NCBI GenBank assembly: GCA_963790475.1
Contig: CAWBOS010000006.1
Span: forward strand, 64,001 to 128,000
Reading direction: 5' to 3'
Origin: an uncultured delta proteobacterium
Lineage (GTDB): Bacteria; Desulfobacterota; RBG-13-43-22
DNA length: 64,000 nt
Position numbers and translations under genes: made by a program. The notes beneath the pieces are model-generated. The model did no database searches and was not told the DNA's origin. It was given only the letters and a program-made list of their open reading frames with translations. Numbering within the stretch: the stretch's first letter is position 1; each line of letters opens with the position of its first letter. Shown one piece after another: positions 32,634 to 43,452 of the stretch.

Positions 32634-33623
32634 TTAATATAGATGACACTTGGTCCAATGACCGGGAGTGATCTCTTTTTTCAACGGCGCCTGTTGAGAA
32701 CAAATCGCTATGGCCGAATTACATCGGGGATGAAAATGGCAGCCCCGTGGCGGAAATAAGGGGCTGGGCACTTCGCCCTTGAGGATAATATGTTCCCGTT
32801 TGGCCTCCACGGTGGGATTGGCGATGGGCACGGCGGAAAGCAGGGCTCGGGTATAGGGATGAAGCGGATTATGATAGAGCTCCATCCTGGAACCGATCTC
32901 CACCAGTTCTCCCAAGTACATGACGGCGATCCGATCGCTGATGTGCCTGACCACGGCCAGGTCATGGGCGATAAAGAGATAGGTCAGATTAAATTTTTCC
33001 TGGAGGTCCTCTAAAAGGTTGATGATCTGGGCCTGGATGGAGACATCCAAGGCCGATACCGGCTCATCGCAGACAATGAAACTCGGCTTTAAGGCCAGGG
33101 CCCTGGCCACACCGATTCGCTGCCTTTGCCCGCCGCTGAATTCGTGGGGATAGCGATCTCCCATGGAAGGATCCAGGCCCACCACCCGGAGCAGGTCCGC
33201 GGTCTGGTCGCGATATTCGGCCCGGCTCCCGGCCATACCATGGATCAACAAGGGCTCGCCGATAATGTCGGAGACCTTCATCCGCGGATCCAGGGAGCTG
33301 AAAGGATCCTGAAAGATGATCTGCATCCTCCGGCGCAGCTTCCGGATCTCTCTCTTCTCGATTCCGGTGATATCCTGCCCTTCGAAAAAGATCTTTCCCC
33401 CCGTAGGACGGTCAAGCTGCAGCAAGGCATTGCCCGTGGTGGTCTTGCCGCTGCCGCTTTCTCCCACCAGACCCAGGGTTTCGCCCTGCAGGATGGAAAA
33501 ACTGACCCCGTCGACGGCCTTGATGTCGCCGATCTTCTTTTTGAATAGGTTGCCTACCGACACCGGGAAATGGACCTTCAGGTCCTGCACCTCAACCAAT
33601 ATTTCTTTTTTATTTGTTAACAT
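32634..33623 (-). CDS. Dipeptide/oligopeptide ABC transporter ATPase (DppF/OppF-like)
   Basis: [32 protein letters not shown]. Confidence 0.95.
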   Translation of the reverse strand: MLTNKKEILVEVQDLKVHFPVSVGNLFKKKIGDIKAVDGVSFSILQGETLGLVGESGSGKTTTGNALLQLDRPTGGKIFFEGQDITGIEKREIRKLRRRMQIIFQDPFSSLDPRMKVSDIIGEPLLIHGMAGSRAEYRDQTADLLRVVGLDPSMGDRYPHEFSGGQRQRIGVARALALKPSFIVCDEPVSALDVSIQAQIINLLEDLQEKFNLTYLFIAHDLAVVRHISDRIAVMYLGELVEIGSRMELYHNPLHPYTRALLSAVPIANPTVEAKREHIILKGEVPSPLFPPRGCHFHPRCNSAIAICSQQAPLKKEITPGHWTKCHLY

Positions 33624-34584
33624 CGATCCAGCACGCTTTCTCATGTATTCCGCCGATGAGGACCAGTTGCGGGGTCTCTTCCCGGCATCGATCAATGACG
33701 TGGTTGCAACGAGGATGAAAAGGACACCCTTTGGGGATATTGGCCAGGTTGGGCGGTTGTCCCTGGATGGGCACCAGTTTTGTTTTGATATCCTGATCCA
33801 GCCGAGGCACGGAGGCCATCAGCCCGATGGTGTAAGGGTGCAGCGGATTTTCGTAAATGTCATGGGCCGTCCCCTTTTCCACAATCTTGCCGGCATACAT
33901 GACGTTGACCCGGTCCGCGTAGCGGGCCACTACTCCCAGGTTATGAGTGATGATGATCAGGGACACCCCGAAGTCCCGGGTGAGATTCTTAAGCAATTCC
34001 AGAAGCTGGGCCTGCACCGTGACATCCAGGGCGGTGGTGGGTTCGTCGGCAATGATCAGCCGGGGGTTGCAGCCCAACCCCATGGCGATCATGGCCCGCT
34101 GACGCATACCCCCGCTGAACTGATGGGGATAATCCCGGATCCGTTTGTCGCCATCGGCGATCTGAACCTTTCCCAGCAGCTCTTCAGCCTTCTTCAGGGC
34201 CTCGTTCAAGGGCATGTCCCTATGCACTTCCAGGGGCTCGGCCAATTGCCGGCCCACGGTCAAGACCGGGTTAAGCGAGGTCATCGGTTCCTGAAAGATC
34301 ATGGCGATGCGATTGCCCCGTACTTTGCGGATTTCCTCGTTGCTCAATTTGAGAAGGTCCTGGCCTTCAAAGAAGACCTCTCCCCCAACAATCTCCCCCG
34401 GCGGATCAGGAATCAAGCGGAGAATGGAAAGGGCAGAGACGCTTTTGCCGCAGCCGCTCTCTCCTACCAGGCCGAGGGTCTCACCCTCATAAAGGTCAAA
34501 GGAAACACCGTCCACGGCCTTGATAGTCCCGTCCATGCCGAAAAAATAGGTTCGAAGGTCTTTCACATCCAATAAGGGCTGCAT
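33610..34584 (-). CDS. Dipeptide/oligopeptide ABC transporter ATPase (DppD/OppD-like)
   Basis: [24 protein letters not shown]. Confidence 0.95.
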   Translation of the reverse strand: MQPLLDVKDLRTYFFGMDGTIKAVDGVSFDLYEGETLGLVGESGCGKSVSALSILRLIPDPPGEIVGGEVFFEGQDLLKLSNEEIRKVRGNRIAMIFQEPMTSLNPVLTVGRQLAEPLEVHRDMPLNEALKKAEELLGKVQIADGDKRIRDYPHQFSGGMRQRAMIAMGLGCNPRLIIADEPTTALDVTVQAQLLELLKNLTRDFGVSLIIITHNLGVVARYADRVNVMYAGKIVEKGTAHDIYENPLHPYTIGLMASVPRLDQDIKTKLVPIQGQPPNLANIPKGCPFHPRCNHVIDRCREETPQLVLIGGIHEKACWIDVNK

Positions 34585-34637
34585 ACGTTTAGCTTCTTTC
34601 TTCAGTACAAGATCTGAATTTCACTCAACAAGTCGAT

Positions 34638-34710
34638 GGGCTATAGGCAATAGGCTGTGGGAAAGACAAAATCCTTTACACCCATTACCTATTGCCTATA
34701 GCCCTTAGCC
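34638..34710. repeat. Heptamer-based hairpin between the SBP and ATPase genes
   Basis: GGGCTATAGGCAATAGG (34638-34654) / CCTATTGCCTATAGCCC (34688-34704) perfect 17-bp inverted repeat. Confidence 0.8.
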
Positions 34711-34715
34711 TTCTT

Positions 34716-36440
34716 TTAATAGCCCATCTTCTTCTTCAGTTCCTGGTCGATCCAGATGCGGGCAATGATCGGGGCCGCCCGGTGGGCACCCACCCTTAAT
34801 TCTCCGTGATAATTCTTAACCCAGGGCCACCAGGCGGTATAGGAATAAGGGGTAGGGAGTATAATGCAAGGCGCCTGTTCCGTTATATAAACAGCCAGTT
34901 TTTTCATGACCGCAAGGGCCTGTTTGTCGGTCAGCTTCGGATTTTCCACTGTATCTTGCCAGGTCTTGTCCACATAGGGATCGCTCATCATGTGCGGGTT
35001 CCAGGTCTGACCGGTCAGGAAGTTCTTTCGGATCCCGGCGAAGGGGGTCCCCTGGTCATTGGAGAAAAAATACCCTTCGGAATGATTCTTTTTGGTCATC
35101 CGGCTCAGATAGGAGGGGTAATCCATGGGGTCCAAAATCAGAGTGACCCCGATCTTGGCCAGATAGGACACGACCATGGCCCCCAAGTCCAATCCGGTCT
35201 GGCCGGCATTGGAAATTTGGGCCTTGAAGGTAAAACCATTGGGGTAGCCGGCCTCAGCCAAAAGCTTTTTGGCCTTTTCCGGGTTGTAAGTGAAAAGCTC
35301 CCTGGCCGCCGGGGGCAGCTTCTCCAGAGGGGTGTAAACATCCGTAAAGGAGGGCGGGAAGGGATAGGTGTGCAATACGGCATTGCCGCCGTAGAAAGAA
35401 TTGATGATCTCCTGTTTATTGATGGCCAGGTTCATGGCCCGCCTTACCCGGATATCGTTAAAGGGCTTCTGGTCCATGCGCAGGGCCACGGTAAAATTGT
35501 CGGTATAAAGCCACCGCGACCATTGCAGTTGGGGGTTGCTCTTCTTGAGGCCATCAACATACTTCCAGTTCATGGTCAGCATCAGATCGATTTTACCGGT
35601 CCGTAGAGAAGCGATTTGCGTGGCTTCATCCTTGATGATCTGCATCACCACCTTGTCGGTAAAGGGGAGTTTGTACTTCTTCCCTCCGATGGTTTCCGAA
35701 TCCCAGTATTTCTGGTTTTTGGTGTAGATCTGAGAATGTCCTTCCTTATACTCGGAGAGCATGTAAGGCCCGGTTCCGCAGGCATTCTCCCATTTAGCCG
35801 CCCCCCCTGGGGCCTTTTCCTGCTCCGGGGCCTGGATGCCGTCATAGTACCCCCAACCCAGACTATACCACCAGTCGACCTTCCACTCGGGCATATTGAT
35901 AACCACGGTGTATTTATCGGGGGTTTCCATCTTGCCTACAAAATCCATATAAAGGGGAATGGCCTTGCGGGAGTTTTTAAGGCGGTTGATGGCATAAACG
36001 ACATCATCGGCCACGAATTCCCGGGCCTTCATGACCCCGGGTTTCTCCTGCCACATAATTCCTTTGCGGAGATGAAAGATGAGCTGCAAGGGACTTTTTT
36101 TTACTTCCCATTTTTCCAAAAGCTCGCCCCTCACGACATCGGGTGGTATCCAGGCATTGGATTGAAAGTTGAATTTTTTGGAACCTCTCGGCCCTTTCTG
36201 GAGATCCCCCATGAGAAGATGCTCCATATAAAATCCGGTATCATAACCGTGTTTCCAGTTCCAGTCGGCAATATCCCAGGTCATAGGATTGAGTGTAGGC
36301 GTCCGATCCAGATAGGTGAGGGTGCCGCCGTACTGCACTTTTTCGGCAGCCGCAGCGCCGGCATCAGTAATGAACACACCGAGGGGCAATATCATCATTA
36401 TCGCTAAATATATAAAGATTCCCTGATATCTTTTTTTCAT
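34716..36440 (-). CDS. ABC transporter substrate-binding protein, family 5
   Basis: Signal peptide, YGGTL, GTGPY, PFNDIRVRRA, AKKLLAEAGYP. Confidence 0.95.
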   Translation of the reverse strand: MKKRYQGIFIYLAIMMILPLGVFITDAGAAAAEKVQYGGTLTYLDRTPTLNPMTWDIADWNWKHGYDTGFYMEHLLMGDLQKGPRGSKKFNFQSNAWIPPDVVRGELLEKWEVKKSPLQLIFHLRKGIMWQEKPGVMKAREFVADDVVYAINRLKNSRKAIPLYMDFVGKMETPDKYTVVINMPEWKVDWWYSLGWGYYDGIQAPEQEKAPGGAAKWENACGTGPYMLSEYKEGHSQIYTKNQKYWDSETIGGKKYKLPFTDKVVMQIIKDEATQIASLRTGKIDLMLTMNWKYVDGLKKSNPQLQWSRWLYTDNFTVALRMDQKPFNDIRVRRAMNLAINKQEIINSFYGGNAVLHTYPFPPSFTDVYTPLEKLPPAARELFTYNPEKAKKLLAEAGYPNGFTFKAQISNAGQTGLDLGAMVVSYLAKIGVTLILDPMDYPSYLSRMTKKNHSEGYFFSNDQGTPFAGIRKNFLTGQTWNPHMMSDPYVDKTWQDTVENPKLTDKQALAVMKKLAVYITEQAPCIILPTPYSYTAWWPWVKNYHGELRVGAHRAAPIIARIWIDQELKKKMGY

Positions 36441-36712
36441 TTCACTTCTCCTTTTACACCATATGAAGATCCGGCATTCTGTGGAAAATCCAGGCCGGTT
36501 GTCCTCCCGGAAAATCCTGGATAAAGCCTTTTGAGCGCGATGAAAACATCCCCCTAAGACGATCCCGACCGGGGGGTATCCCGCACCGAATACAAATCCG
36601 GAATTAAGATAAAAAATGTTAGATTTAATGAATATGGTTATGTAAAATTAACTTATCGAGTAGGATACGGTTTTGAATCTCACACCACCTTTCAGGTTTT
36701 TTAGGCTGATGC

Positions 36713-37645
36713 CTATTTTCTTTTTTTGACGGAATAGCTCCCGCCGCCGCCCCGCAGCCTCGGGTCCAGAAGGTCTCGCATGGCATCCCCGAAGACATTG
36801 ATCCCGTAAACCACAATCGTCAAACACAGACCAGGAATCAAGGCCATCATGGGTGCGATGAGCATATACTGACGCCCGGTCCCGCTCAGCATCCCTCCCC
36901 AGCTCGGCGCCGGAGGTGGAATACCCAGACCCAGGAAACTCAAAGTGGCCTCGGATAGAACGACCGCCGCCACACGGGTGGTGAACAGGATGATGATCGG
37001 GGCCATGATGTTGGGCAGGATGTGCCGCCAAAGTAACCTCATGGTCGAGGCCCCCAGGGCATCCGCCGCCCGCACATACATGTTTTCCCTGGCGGCAATC
37101 GTGGACCCCCTTATAATTCTGGAACCGGCGATTCCGAACTGCAAGGCCAGAACCAGGATGATCTGCCACGTCCCCGGACCGATAATGGATACGGCGACAA
37201 TCAGAATGACCAGACCGGGAAAGATCATCCAGGCGTCCACAAACCGCTGCATCACCATATCGTACTTACCGCCGAAGAACCCGGTGGTAATACCGATAAC
37301 GGTGGAGATGATGATCGAAATGGCCGTGGCCGCAAAGCCGACAATCACCGACAGACGAGCCCCGTAAATGATACGGCTCAGTATATCCCGGCCCAGGTTG
37401 TCGGTCCCAAACCAATATTGGGCCGAGGGGGGCTTCAGGGATTGGAGAGGATTAATGTCATTGTACCCGTAGGGCGCCAGGAAATTGGCAAAAATGCCGG
37501 TGATAAGGAGAATCAGGCATATGATCCCTCCCACGGCGCCCAGGTGCTTTTCCTTGAACAGCCGGATAAAAAAATCTGCAAAAAAGCCGCGCCGTATCGG
37601 CGCAAAAAGATGTTCTGAATCGACAGTGACAGATTGATTGGCCAT
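36713..37645 (-). CDS. ABC permease (DppC/OppC-like)
   Basis: FGTDNLGRD, EAA-like loop AADALGAS, HILPN, SFLGLG. Confidence 0.95.
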   Translation of the reverse strand: MANQSVTVDSEHLFAPIRRGFFADFFIRLFKEKHLGAVGGIICLILLITGIFANFLAPYGYNDINPLQSLKPPSAQYWFGTDNLGRDILSRIIYGARLSVIVGFAATAISIIISTVIGITTGFFGGKYDMVMQRFVDAWMIFPGLVILIVAVSIIGPGTWQIILVLALQFGIAGSRIIRGSTIAARENMYVRAADALGASTMRLLWRHILPNIMAPIIILFTTRVAAVVLSEATLSFLGLGIPPPAPSWGGMLSGTGRQYMLIAPMMALIPGLCLTIVVYGINVFGDAMRDLLDPRLRGGGGSYSVKKRK

Positions 37646-37676
37646 AGAAAACGCCCCTTCAAATGTTGAAAATCTG

Positions 37677-38633
37677 TTATCTGAACCGAACCTTGGGATC
37701 GAGATAACCGTAACTCATATCCACCAGCAGGTTGCACACCAGAACCACAACGCCGATGATCATCATGAGACCCGTGATAATCGGGTAATCCCGCTGTTGA
37801 ATGGCATCAAACATCAGATTGCCCATGCCCGGTAAAACAAAAATCTGTTCGACGATGATCGTGCCCCCGATAAGGACCGGTAAATAAAGTCCGAATACGG
37901 TGACCACCGGGATCAGGGCGTTCTTTAAAGCATGCCTCATGATAACCACCTTTTCTTTGAGACCCTTGGCCCAGGCGGTCCGGATATAGTCCTGCCGAAG
38001 CACCTCCAGCATCATGGCCCGCATCATTCTCATGGTGACCCCGGATAAGGAAAATCCTAGAACAATGCTTGGAGTAATAAACTGCATAATATTGGCCCAG
38101 GGATGCTTGAAGAAAGGGACTAATTCCACGGAAGGGGACCACCCCCACCAGATCGCCGGATAGATAACCACCATCGTCCCCAACCAAAAATTGGGAATGG
38201 CAATGCCCAGGATGGATAGGGTTCGTCCGGCATAGTCTCCGGCCGTATCCTGGCGTATGGCCGAGTAAATCCCGATAGGAATGGCCAGGAGGATGGAAAA
38301 AATAATGGCGATACCGCTGAGTTCAAAAGTTATCGGCAATCGTTCCATCACCAGAGCGGTGACCGGGGTCTGTTTCCACAGGGAACTCCCCAGGTCGCCG
38401 TGTAAAAAAATCCTTTCCATCCATCGGAAGTACTGGATATAAATGGGGGCATCCAGTCCCATGGCCTTCTCCAGAGATTTACGGGATATTTCCTGCGACC
38501 CGATATCATGCTGGGATACCATCTGATCAATAATATCTCCAGGAATCAGACGAATAACCACGAATACAATCATGGTGGCAAATAAAATGGTGGGGATAAG
38601 CGCGAGAATTCTTTTGATTAAAAAGGCACGCAT
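37677..38633 (-). CDS. ABC permease (DppB/OppB-like)
   Basis: GDLGSS, DYIRTAWAKGL, HALKNA, RDYP, LDPKVR. Confidence 0.95.
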   Translation of the reverse strand: MRAFLIKRILALIPTILFATMIVFVVIRLIPGDIIDQMVSQHDIGSQEISRKSLEKAMGLDAPIYIQYFRWMERIFLHGDLGSSLWKQTPVTALVMERLPITFELSGIAIIFSILLAIPIGIYSAIRQDTAGDYAGRTLSILGIAIPNFWLGTMVVIYPAIWWGWSPSVELVPFFKHPWANIMQFITPSIVLGFSLSGVTMRMMRAMMLEVLRQDYIRTAWAKGLKEKVVIMRHALKNALIPVVTVFGLYLPVLIGGTIIVEQIFVLPGMGNLMFDAIQQRDYPIITGLMMIIGVVVLVCNLLVDMSYGYLDPKVRFR

Positions 38634-38890
38634 AAATTACTCCAATTGGGAAAAGGATTAACGGTTGCCTTAGATAAAAATCATTCAGGAAGATTATAAA
38701 TATATAATTAAAAAACATATAATTTTAAGTTTAAATTAAAGTCAAGAAAAAAAGAAAAGATAAAAAAATAACTTGTGGAAAATGGAAATACTTATGTGAT
38801 ACAGATAATACAAAGGTAAGTGTCCTATAGATTCTTGAAAAAAAGCCGAATCCAAAGTATTTTTATAATAAACCATATGATGGTGATCTA

Positions 38891-39643
38891 ATGCAACCTC
38901 AGCCTAAAAAAGACCTTATCCCCTTGTACAGCCGCGTCTCGTCGATCATTCAAAATAAAATATTGTCAGGACAGTATGAACCCGGGGATAAACTGCCGAC
39001 TGAAGATGAACTGGTCGAATACTTCGGGGTCAGTAAAATCACCGTTCGAAATGCGTTAGCCCTTCTTGAGGCCGATGGGCTGATTTTCCGAACCAGAGGA
39101 AAAGGGACTTTTGTAGCCTCGGTTATTCCGGAAACCAAACAGTATATTCATACCAGTTTGAATAAAATGGCTTTTGCTTTGGAGAGAGGAGAAACCAAAC
39201 CACTGGAAATAAGATCTATTAAAGTGGGGGAGAGCAGAATCCCGAAAGATATTTCCACGTTCTTCAAGATGACCAATAATGATGAAATCGGCCGGATCCG
39301 GAGGATGACCACCATAAAAAATATTCCCTACTTTTTTGAAAATTTTTTGCCGGCGGATATTGCACGGAATTTAACCAAAAAGGAATTATCAGAAGAAAAA
39401 CTGATACTGAGATTATTAAAGAAAAAGATCGGATTGAAGATCTCCAAAGGAGAAATGTTTTTACAGGCGGTCCCGGCTGAACCGGATATTTCAAAAGTGC
39501 TTCAGTGCCAGTCCTTTGATCCGCTTATCCATATACAAACCTATTTCTGGTCTGAACCGGAACAACCCTTCGGCATAGCCAATGCCTATTTCCGCTCTTG
39601 TTACTTCAAATACAAGGTCAATGTGGAAATCAATTCGTATTAG
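38891..39643 (+). CDS. GntR-family regulator (HutC/UTRA type)
   Basis: LPTEDEL..FGVSKITVRNAL..RGKGTFV; divergent from the ABC operon. Confidence 0.92.
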   Translation: MQPQPKKDLIPLYSRVSSIIQNKILSGQYEPGDKLPTEDELVEYFGVSKITVRNALALLEADGLIFRTRGKGTFVASVIPETKQYIHTSLNKMAFALERGETKPLEIRSIKVGESRIPKDISTFFKMTNNDEIGRIRRMTTIKNIPYFFENFLPADIARNLTKKELSEEKLILRLLKKKIGLKISKGEMFLQAVPAEPDISKVLQCQSFDPLIHIQTYFWSEPEQPFGIANAYFRSCYFKYKVNVEINSY

Positions 39644-39662
39644 GGTAACAACGCAGGCAGAT

Positions 39663-39794
39663 AGACTGAAGGCCGAAGGTTTTTAGGGATACCTCCTCTT
39701 ATTAAACCAAAGATCTTAAAAATCGAGAAATCTTATACGGTTTGATGCAGGTCATTCGATAGGTTGAAAAACCTTCAGCCTTCAGTCTTCAGCC
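39663..39794. repeat. Heptamer (CTTCAGC-type) inverted-arm hairpin between convergent genes
   Basis: AGACTGAAGGCCGAAGGTTTT (39663-39683) / AAAACCTTCAGCCTTCAGTCTTCAGCC (39768-39794). Confidence 0.75.
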
Positions 39795-41185
39795 TAAATA
39801 TCTGATAATTCCCTCAGCCATTCGGCACGTCGGACCAATCGCCGCAGGGCCCTGACCGCACGCTCCATGCTGTCAAAAGACGGCACGCCCAGCTTAGTGG
39901 AAAGGCGCATGAAGGGCTGCATCACATGGCCGTAGGGAGGAACGGAAAAGATCGGTTTCTGAAACCGGTCCCTTAGTTCGGCCAGCAATCGGGCCAAACC
40001 CTCATGATCTTGCGGGGGATAGTAGCCGACAATGAAGGCATCCACCCAGGGCGCCATTATTTCCATGGACCGTCCGTAGATTTCTTCTTCCATACCGGGG
40101 GGCGCCCAAACCAGATCCACCGGATTAGCGATCCCGGCGAAAGGAGGGAGTATCTTCTTTAAATAGTCCCGCAATTCCTTCTGGACATTGATCGGGAGTC
40201 GGGGTATTTCAAGCCCCATCAATTCGCAGGCGTCACAGGCGGCTACACCTATCCCGCCCGTATCTACCACAACACCGACACGCCGGCCGTGAGGCAAGAG
40301 CGGAGAATGGAAGGCCACCATGGCATCCATCAAATCTTCAATCCCTACCGCTTCTTCCATCCCGGTTTGAATAAACGCTGCCCGGGCAACCTCCGCGGCG
40401 CCGGCCATCGACCCGGTGTGCGACTGGGTGAAGAGTGCTCCGGAAGGAGTCCGTCCGGATTTCCAGATGACCACCGGTTTTTTGCGGGCAGCCTGCCTGG
40501 CTGCCTTAAGAAAACGGCGGCCGTCCTTAAAACCTTCTACGTAAGCGCCAATAACTTTGGTCTCAGGATCTTCGCCGAAATAATCCAGATAGTCAGAGAT
40601 GGACAAGTCGGCTTGATTGCCGCAGGAGACCACGGCACTAAAGCCCAGCCCGCGATCCATACCGCCGAGCAAGGCGTATTCGGTGGCCCAGCCGCTCTGA
40701 CCGGCAAAGCTTAAGCCCCCGCGATCTAAAAACGGGTGCCGGGTGGTCACCATGTTGATATGCGAAGACGGGCAGGCAATGCCCATGCAATTGGGTCCGA
40801 CGATACGCATGCCGGAGGCCCTGGCCGTTTTCTCCATCTCTTCCTGCTGAACCCGCCCTTCTTCTCCAAGCTCGGCAAATCCCGCTCCGTGGACAATGGC
40901 CACCTTCACCCCTTTTCGGGCGCAGTCTTCTATGGCCGAAGGAACAGCCCGTGCCGGTACAAACAAGATAGCCAAGTCGATATGGCCGGGGATGTCCGAG
41001 ACCTGGCGAAAGACGTGCTCTCCGGGAACGGCGTCGGTGTTGGTATTGACCAGGTAAATCATACCCCGGTATTCCAGGGCCTGAAGGGACTCGACGACTC
41101 GAGTGCTGAATTTGGCTTTGTCGACCGAGGCCCCGATGATGGCGATGGAAGAAGGATGAAATAAAGGAGACAGATCAATACTCAT
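39794..41185 (-). CDS. CoA-binding protein, ADP-forming acyl-CoA synthetase alpha-subunit-like
   Basis: SIAIIGAS, GPNCMG, QSG, GNQAD, SHTGSMAG (phospho-His), NPVDL; no ATP-grasp domain. Confidence 0.88.
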   Translation of the reverse strand: MSIDLSPLFHPSSIAIIGASVDKAKFSTRVVESLQALEYRGMIYLVNTNTDAVPGEHVFRQVSDIPGHIDLAILFVPARAVPSAIEDCARKGVKVAIVHGAGFAELGEEGRVQQEEMEKTARASGMRIVGPNCMGIACPSSHINMVTTRHPFLDRGGLSFAGQSGWATEYALLGGMDRGLGFSAVVSCGNQADLSISDYLDYFGEDPETKVIGAYVEGFKDGRRFLKAARQAARKKPVVIWKSGRTPSGALFTQSHTGSMAGAAEVARAAFIQTGMEEAVGIEDLMDAMVAFHSPLLPHGRRVGVVVDTGGIGVAACDACELMGLEIPRLPINVQKELRDYLKKILPPFAGIANPVDLVWAPPGMEEEIYGRSMEIMAPWVDAFIVGYYPPQDHEGLARLLAELRDRFQKPIFSVPPYGHVMQPFMRLSTKLGVPSFDSMERAVRALRRLVRRAEWLRELSDI

Positions 41186-41197
41186 GGGTGTTCCAGT

Positions 41198-42913
41198 TTA
41201 GACCAGGCGCACTTTTTTGGCCTTGGCCACGAACTCCTCCATCCTCTTTCTGACGGCGATCTTATCGTATTTCCCAACGCTGGTCTTGGGGATATCATCC
41301 ACAAAGGCCACATACACCGGAAGCATCCACTTGGTGATTTTCCCCTTATCCACACCTTCGGTCTGCAGGAAACTGAGGATATCTTCCTCAACCTTATCCG
41401 CACCCTGAGTCAGCTTGACCAGGGCCATAGGGATTTCGCCCCACTTCTCGTCGGGCACACCGACATAAGTGGCTTCCAGAACGAAATCGGCATTGCTGGT
41501 CAGGTTCTCAAGCAGGACCGTGGGCACCATCTCGGAGCCGCTGCGGATGACGTCGGTTATCCGGTCGGCGATAACGATGTAGCCGTCCTTATCGATTTTG
41601 GCCGCATCCCCGGTGTGAAACCAGCCGTCCTTCCAGGCGGCGGCCGTCTTTTCCGGGTCCTTATAATATTGTTCCATAATCCAGTGGCCTCTTAAAACAA
41701 TCTCGCCGATCGTTTCATTGTCATGCGGCACATCCCGGCCCTTTTCATCAATAACCCGGGCATCGATGGCTGGAATAACAGGTATGCCTGTTTTAACTAA
41801 TACCTGGTCAATTTCTTCCTTAGACCAGTTTACCATGTATCGCCGGATACTGGCCCCGACAACCCCGGCCATGGTCTCGGTCATACCATATCCGGAGGCG
41901 GCGCGCATATGGGGGAATAACTTTTCGGCCTTACGCTTTAAACCCAGGGGGAGTGCGCCCCCTCCGATAGCGATAAAAATAAGAGAGCTCAGATCCCATT
42001 GGTTGAGGTCTTTATATTCCAGCAGCATGGCCAACATGGTCGGCACCATCATGGCTGCGGTCACTTTTTCTTTTTGAACCAATTCACAGAAGGCCTCCGG
42101 AGTGAATCGGCCCGGAAAGACAATCTTGGCACAGCTATAAACACTGGAAAAGGGGGCCCCCCAGGCATGAATATGGAAGAGGGGAACGTTCATCATCGGT
42201 ATTGGTAGATTGGGACGTTCCGGATCATCGGGAAGCCGTATAACCGTTCCAAGCTGGGCAATCGAGTGGAGACAATGTAAATAGATCTGACGGTTGGTGT
42301 ATATGACCCCTTTGGGAAGACCGGTGGTACCGGTGGTGTAATAGAGCACGGCATTGGTGTCTTCCGGCAAATCAGGCCAATCGTAGAAGGTCGGCTGCCC
42401 CTTGATCAGTTCTTCATACGCATAAAGGGGTTCTATCCGGGTTTTGGGCAGGCCCGGCTTATCGGACATATAGACAAATTTTTTCACCGCTGGTTTTATC
42501 CGATCATAAAGGGCTTCAACCAGGGGCAACAGAAGATCGTCAAAAAAGAGGATATACTCCTCGGCATGGGTTATGGTATAGGCCATATGATCCAAAGATA
42601 GCCTGATATTAATAGGATGCGAAACAGCTCCAATACCTATAGTCGCATAAATGATCTCCATGTGCCGGTGGTGATTAAGGGCCATGGTGGCTATTTTATC
42701 TCCTTTCTGCACCCCGAGGGAATTGAGGGCATGCGCCAGTTGACAGGTCCGTTCGTGCCATTGCCGCCAGGTAAATCGGAAATACTCGCCGGCATCGTTT
42801 CTATAGACCATGGCCTCATCATCCGGACATAGGAACAGGGGTCTTTTCATCAAGTTTTTCACCAGTAACGGGTAGTTCTTGCTGTACTCAGGATAGGTGG
42901 TTTTCTCTGGCAT
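41198..42913 (-). CDS. AMP-forming acyl-CoA ligase (long-chain-fatty-acid-CoA ligase family)
   Basis: YTTGTTGLPKG, GYGMTE, WFHTGD, PKTSVGK. Confidence 0.93.
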   Translation of the reverse strand: MPEKTTYPEYSKNYPLLVKNLMKRPLFLCPDDEAMVYRNDAGEYFRFTWRQWHERTCQLAHALNSLGVQKGDKIATMALNHHRHMEIIYATIGIGAVSHPINIRLSLDHMAYTITHAEEYILFFDDLLLPLVEALYDRIKPAVKKFVYMSDKPGLPKTRIEPLYAYEELIKGQPTFYDWPDLPEDTNAVLYYTTGTTGLPKGVIYTNRQIYLHCLHSIAQLGTVIRLPDDPERPNLPIPMMNVPLFHIHAWGAPFSSVYSCAKIVFPGRFTPEAFCELVQKEKVTAAMMVPTMLAMLLEYKDLNQWDLSSLIFIAIGGGALPLGLKRKAEKLFPHMRAASGYGMTETMAGVVGASIRRYMVNWSKEEIDQVLVKTGIPVIPAIDARVIDEKGRDVPHDNETIGEIVLRGHWIMEQYYKDPEKTAAAWKDGWFHTGDAAKIDKDGYIVIADRITDVIRSGSEMVPTVLLENLTSNADFVLEATYVGVPDEKWGEIPMALVKLTQGADKVEEDILSFLQTEGVDKGKITKWMLPVYVAFVDDIPKTSVGKYDKIAVRKRMEEFVAKAKKVRLV

Positions 42914-43452
42914 TTCTTTGTTCTCCTTGCTTATTCATTAACAAGATCGATCTTAGGTAGCGGAGTATAGTGAAAGACGAACTTTTATGTCAAGGCAATT
43001 TACCCTTCCGAAAAGTCGGATATCGGCCAGCAAGGTTGTGTTCACTGCAGCGGGAAGCCGGATTTACCGGGCAGACATATTGACGGCCCCTTTCAAAATG
43101 GGGGAAAATATTATTAGAAATAAGCATGTCGCGGAAAATTGGCCGGAATAGGGCAATTGTCTTTTAACTATTTTATATAAAACAATAACATGTCAAGAAC
43201 AAGGATTTGGAAACAGGATATCCACGGCCATCAGACTTCATTGGTGGAATCGGCAAAGGGGGGAAAAGGGGAGGCTGGGTCGGCAGGAGCGGCCTGTCTG
43301 GTGGATTAAAAACAGGACAGGATGGCCTTTTCTCGGAAGAGCAAATGAGATTGGATTAAAGGAGGTAAAGGTGATATTACGAAGGGTATTAAAAATACAA
43401 TATAATATAATAATATAAATATGTTATGTTAATAAAACTCTAAAAAAGACAT

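Noticed and set aside
33316-34575. 419-aa plus-strand ORF and other long antisense ORFs (e.g. 34806-35606, 58242-59033, 55030-55806)
   Set aside because: Shadows of well-supported opposite-strand genes, with no motifs of their own
38774-38782. TGTGGAAAA DnaA-box match (another near 36480)
   Set aside because: Isolated single matches are expected by chance; no cluster
43385-43440. TATAA-rich tract downstream of parB as an origin unwinding element
   Set aside because: No adjacent DnaA boxes; may simply be AT-rich spacer
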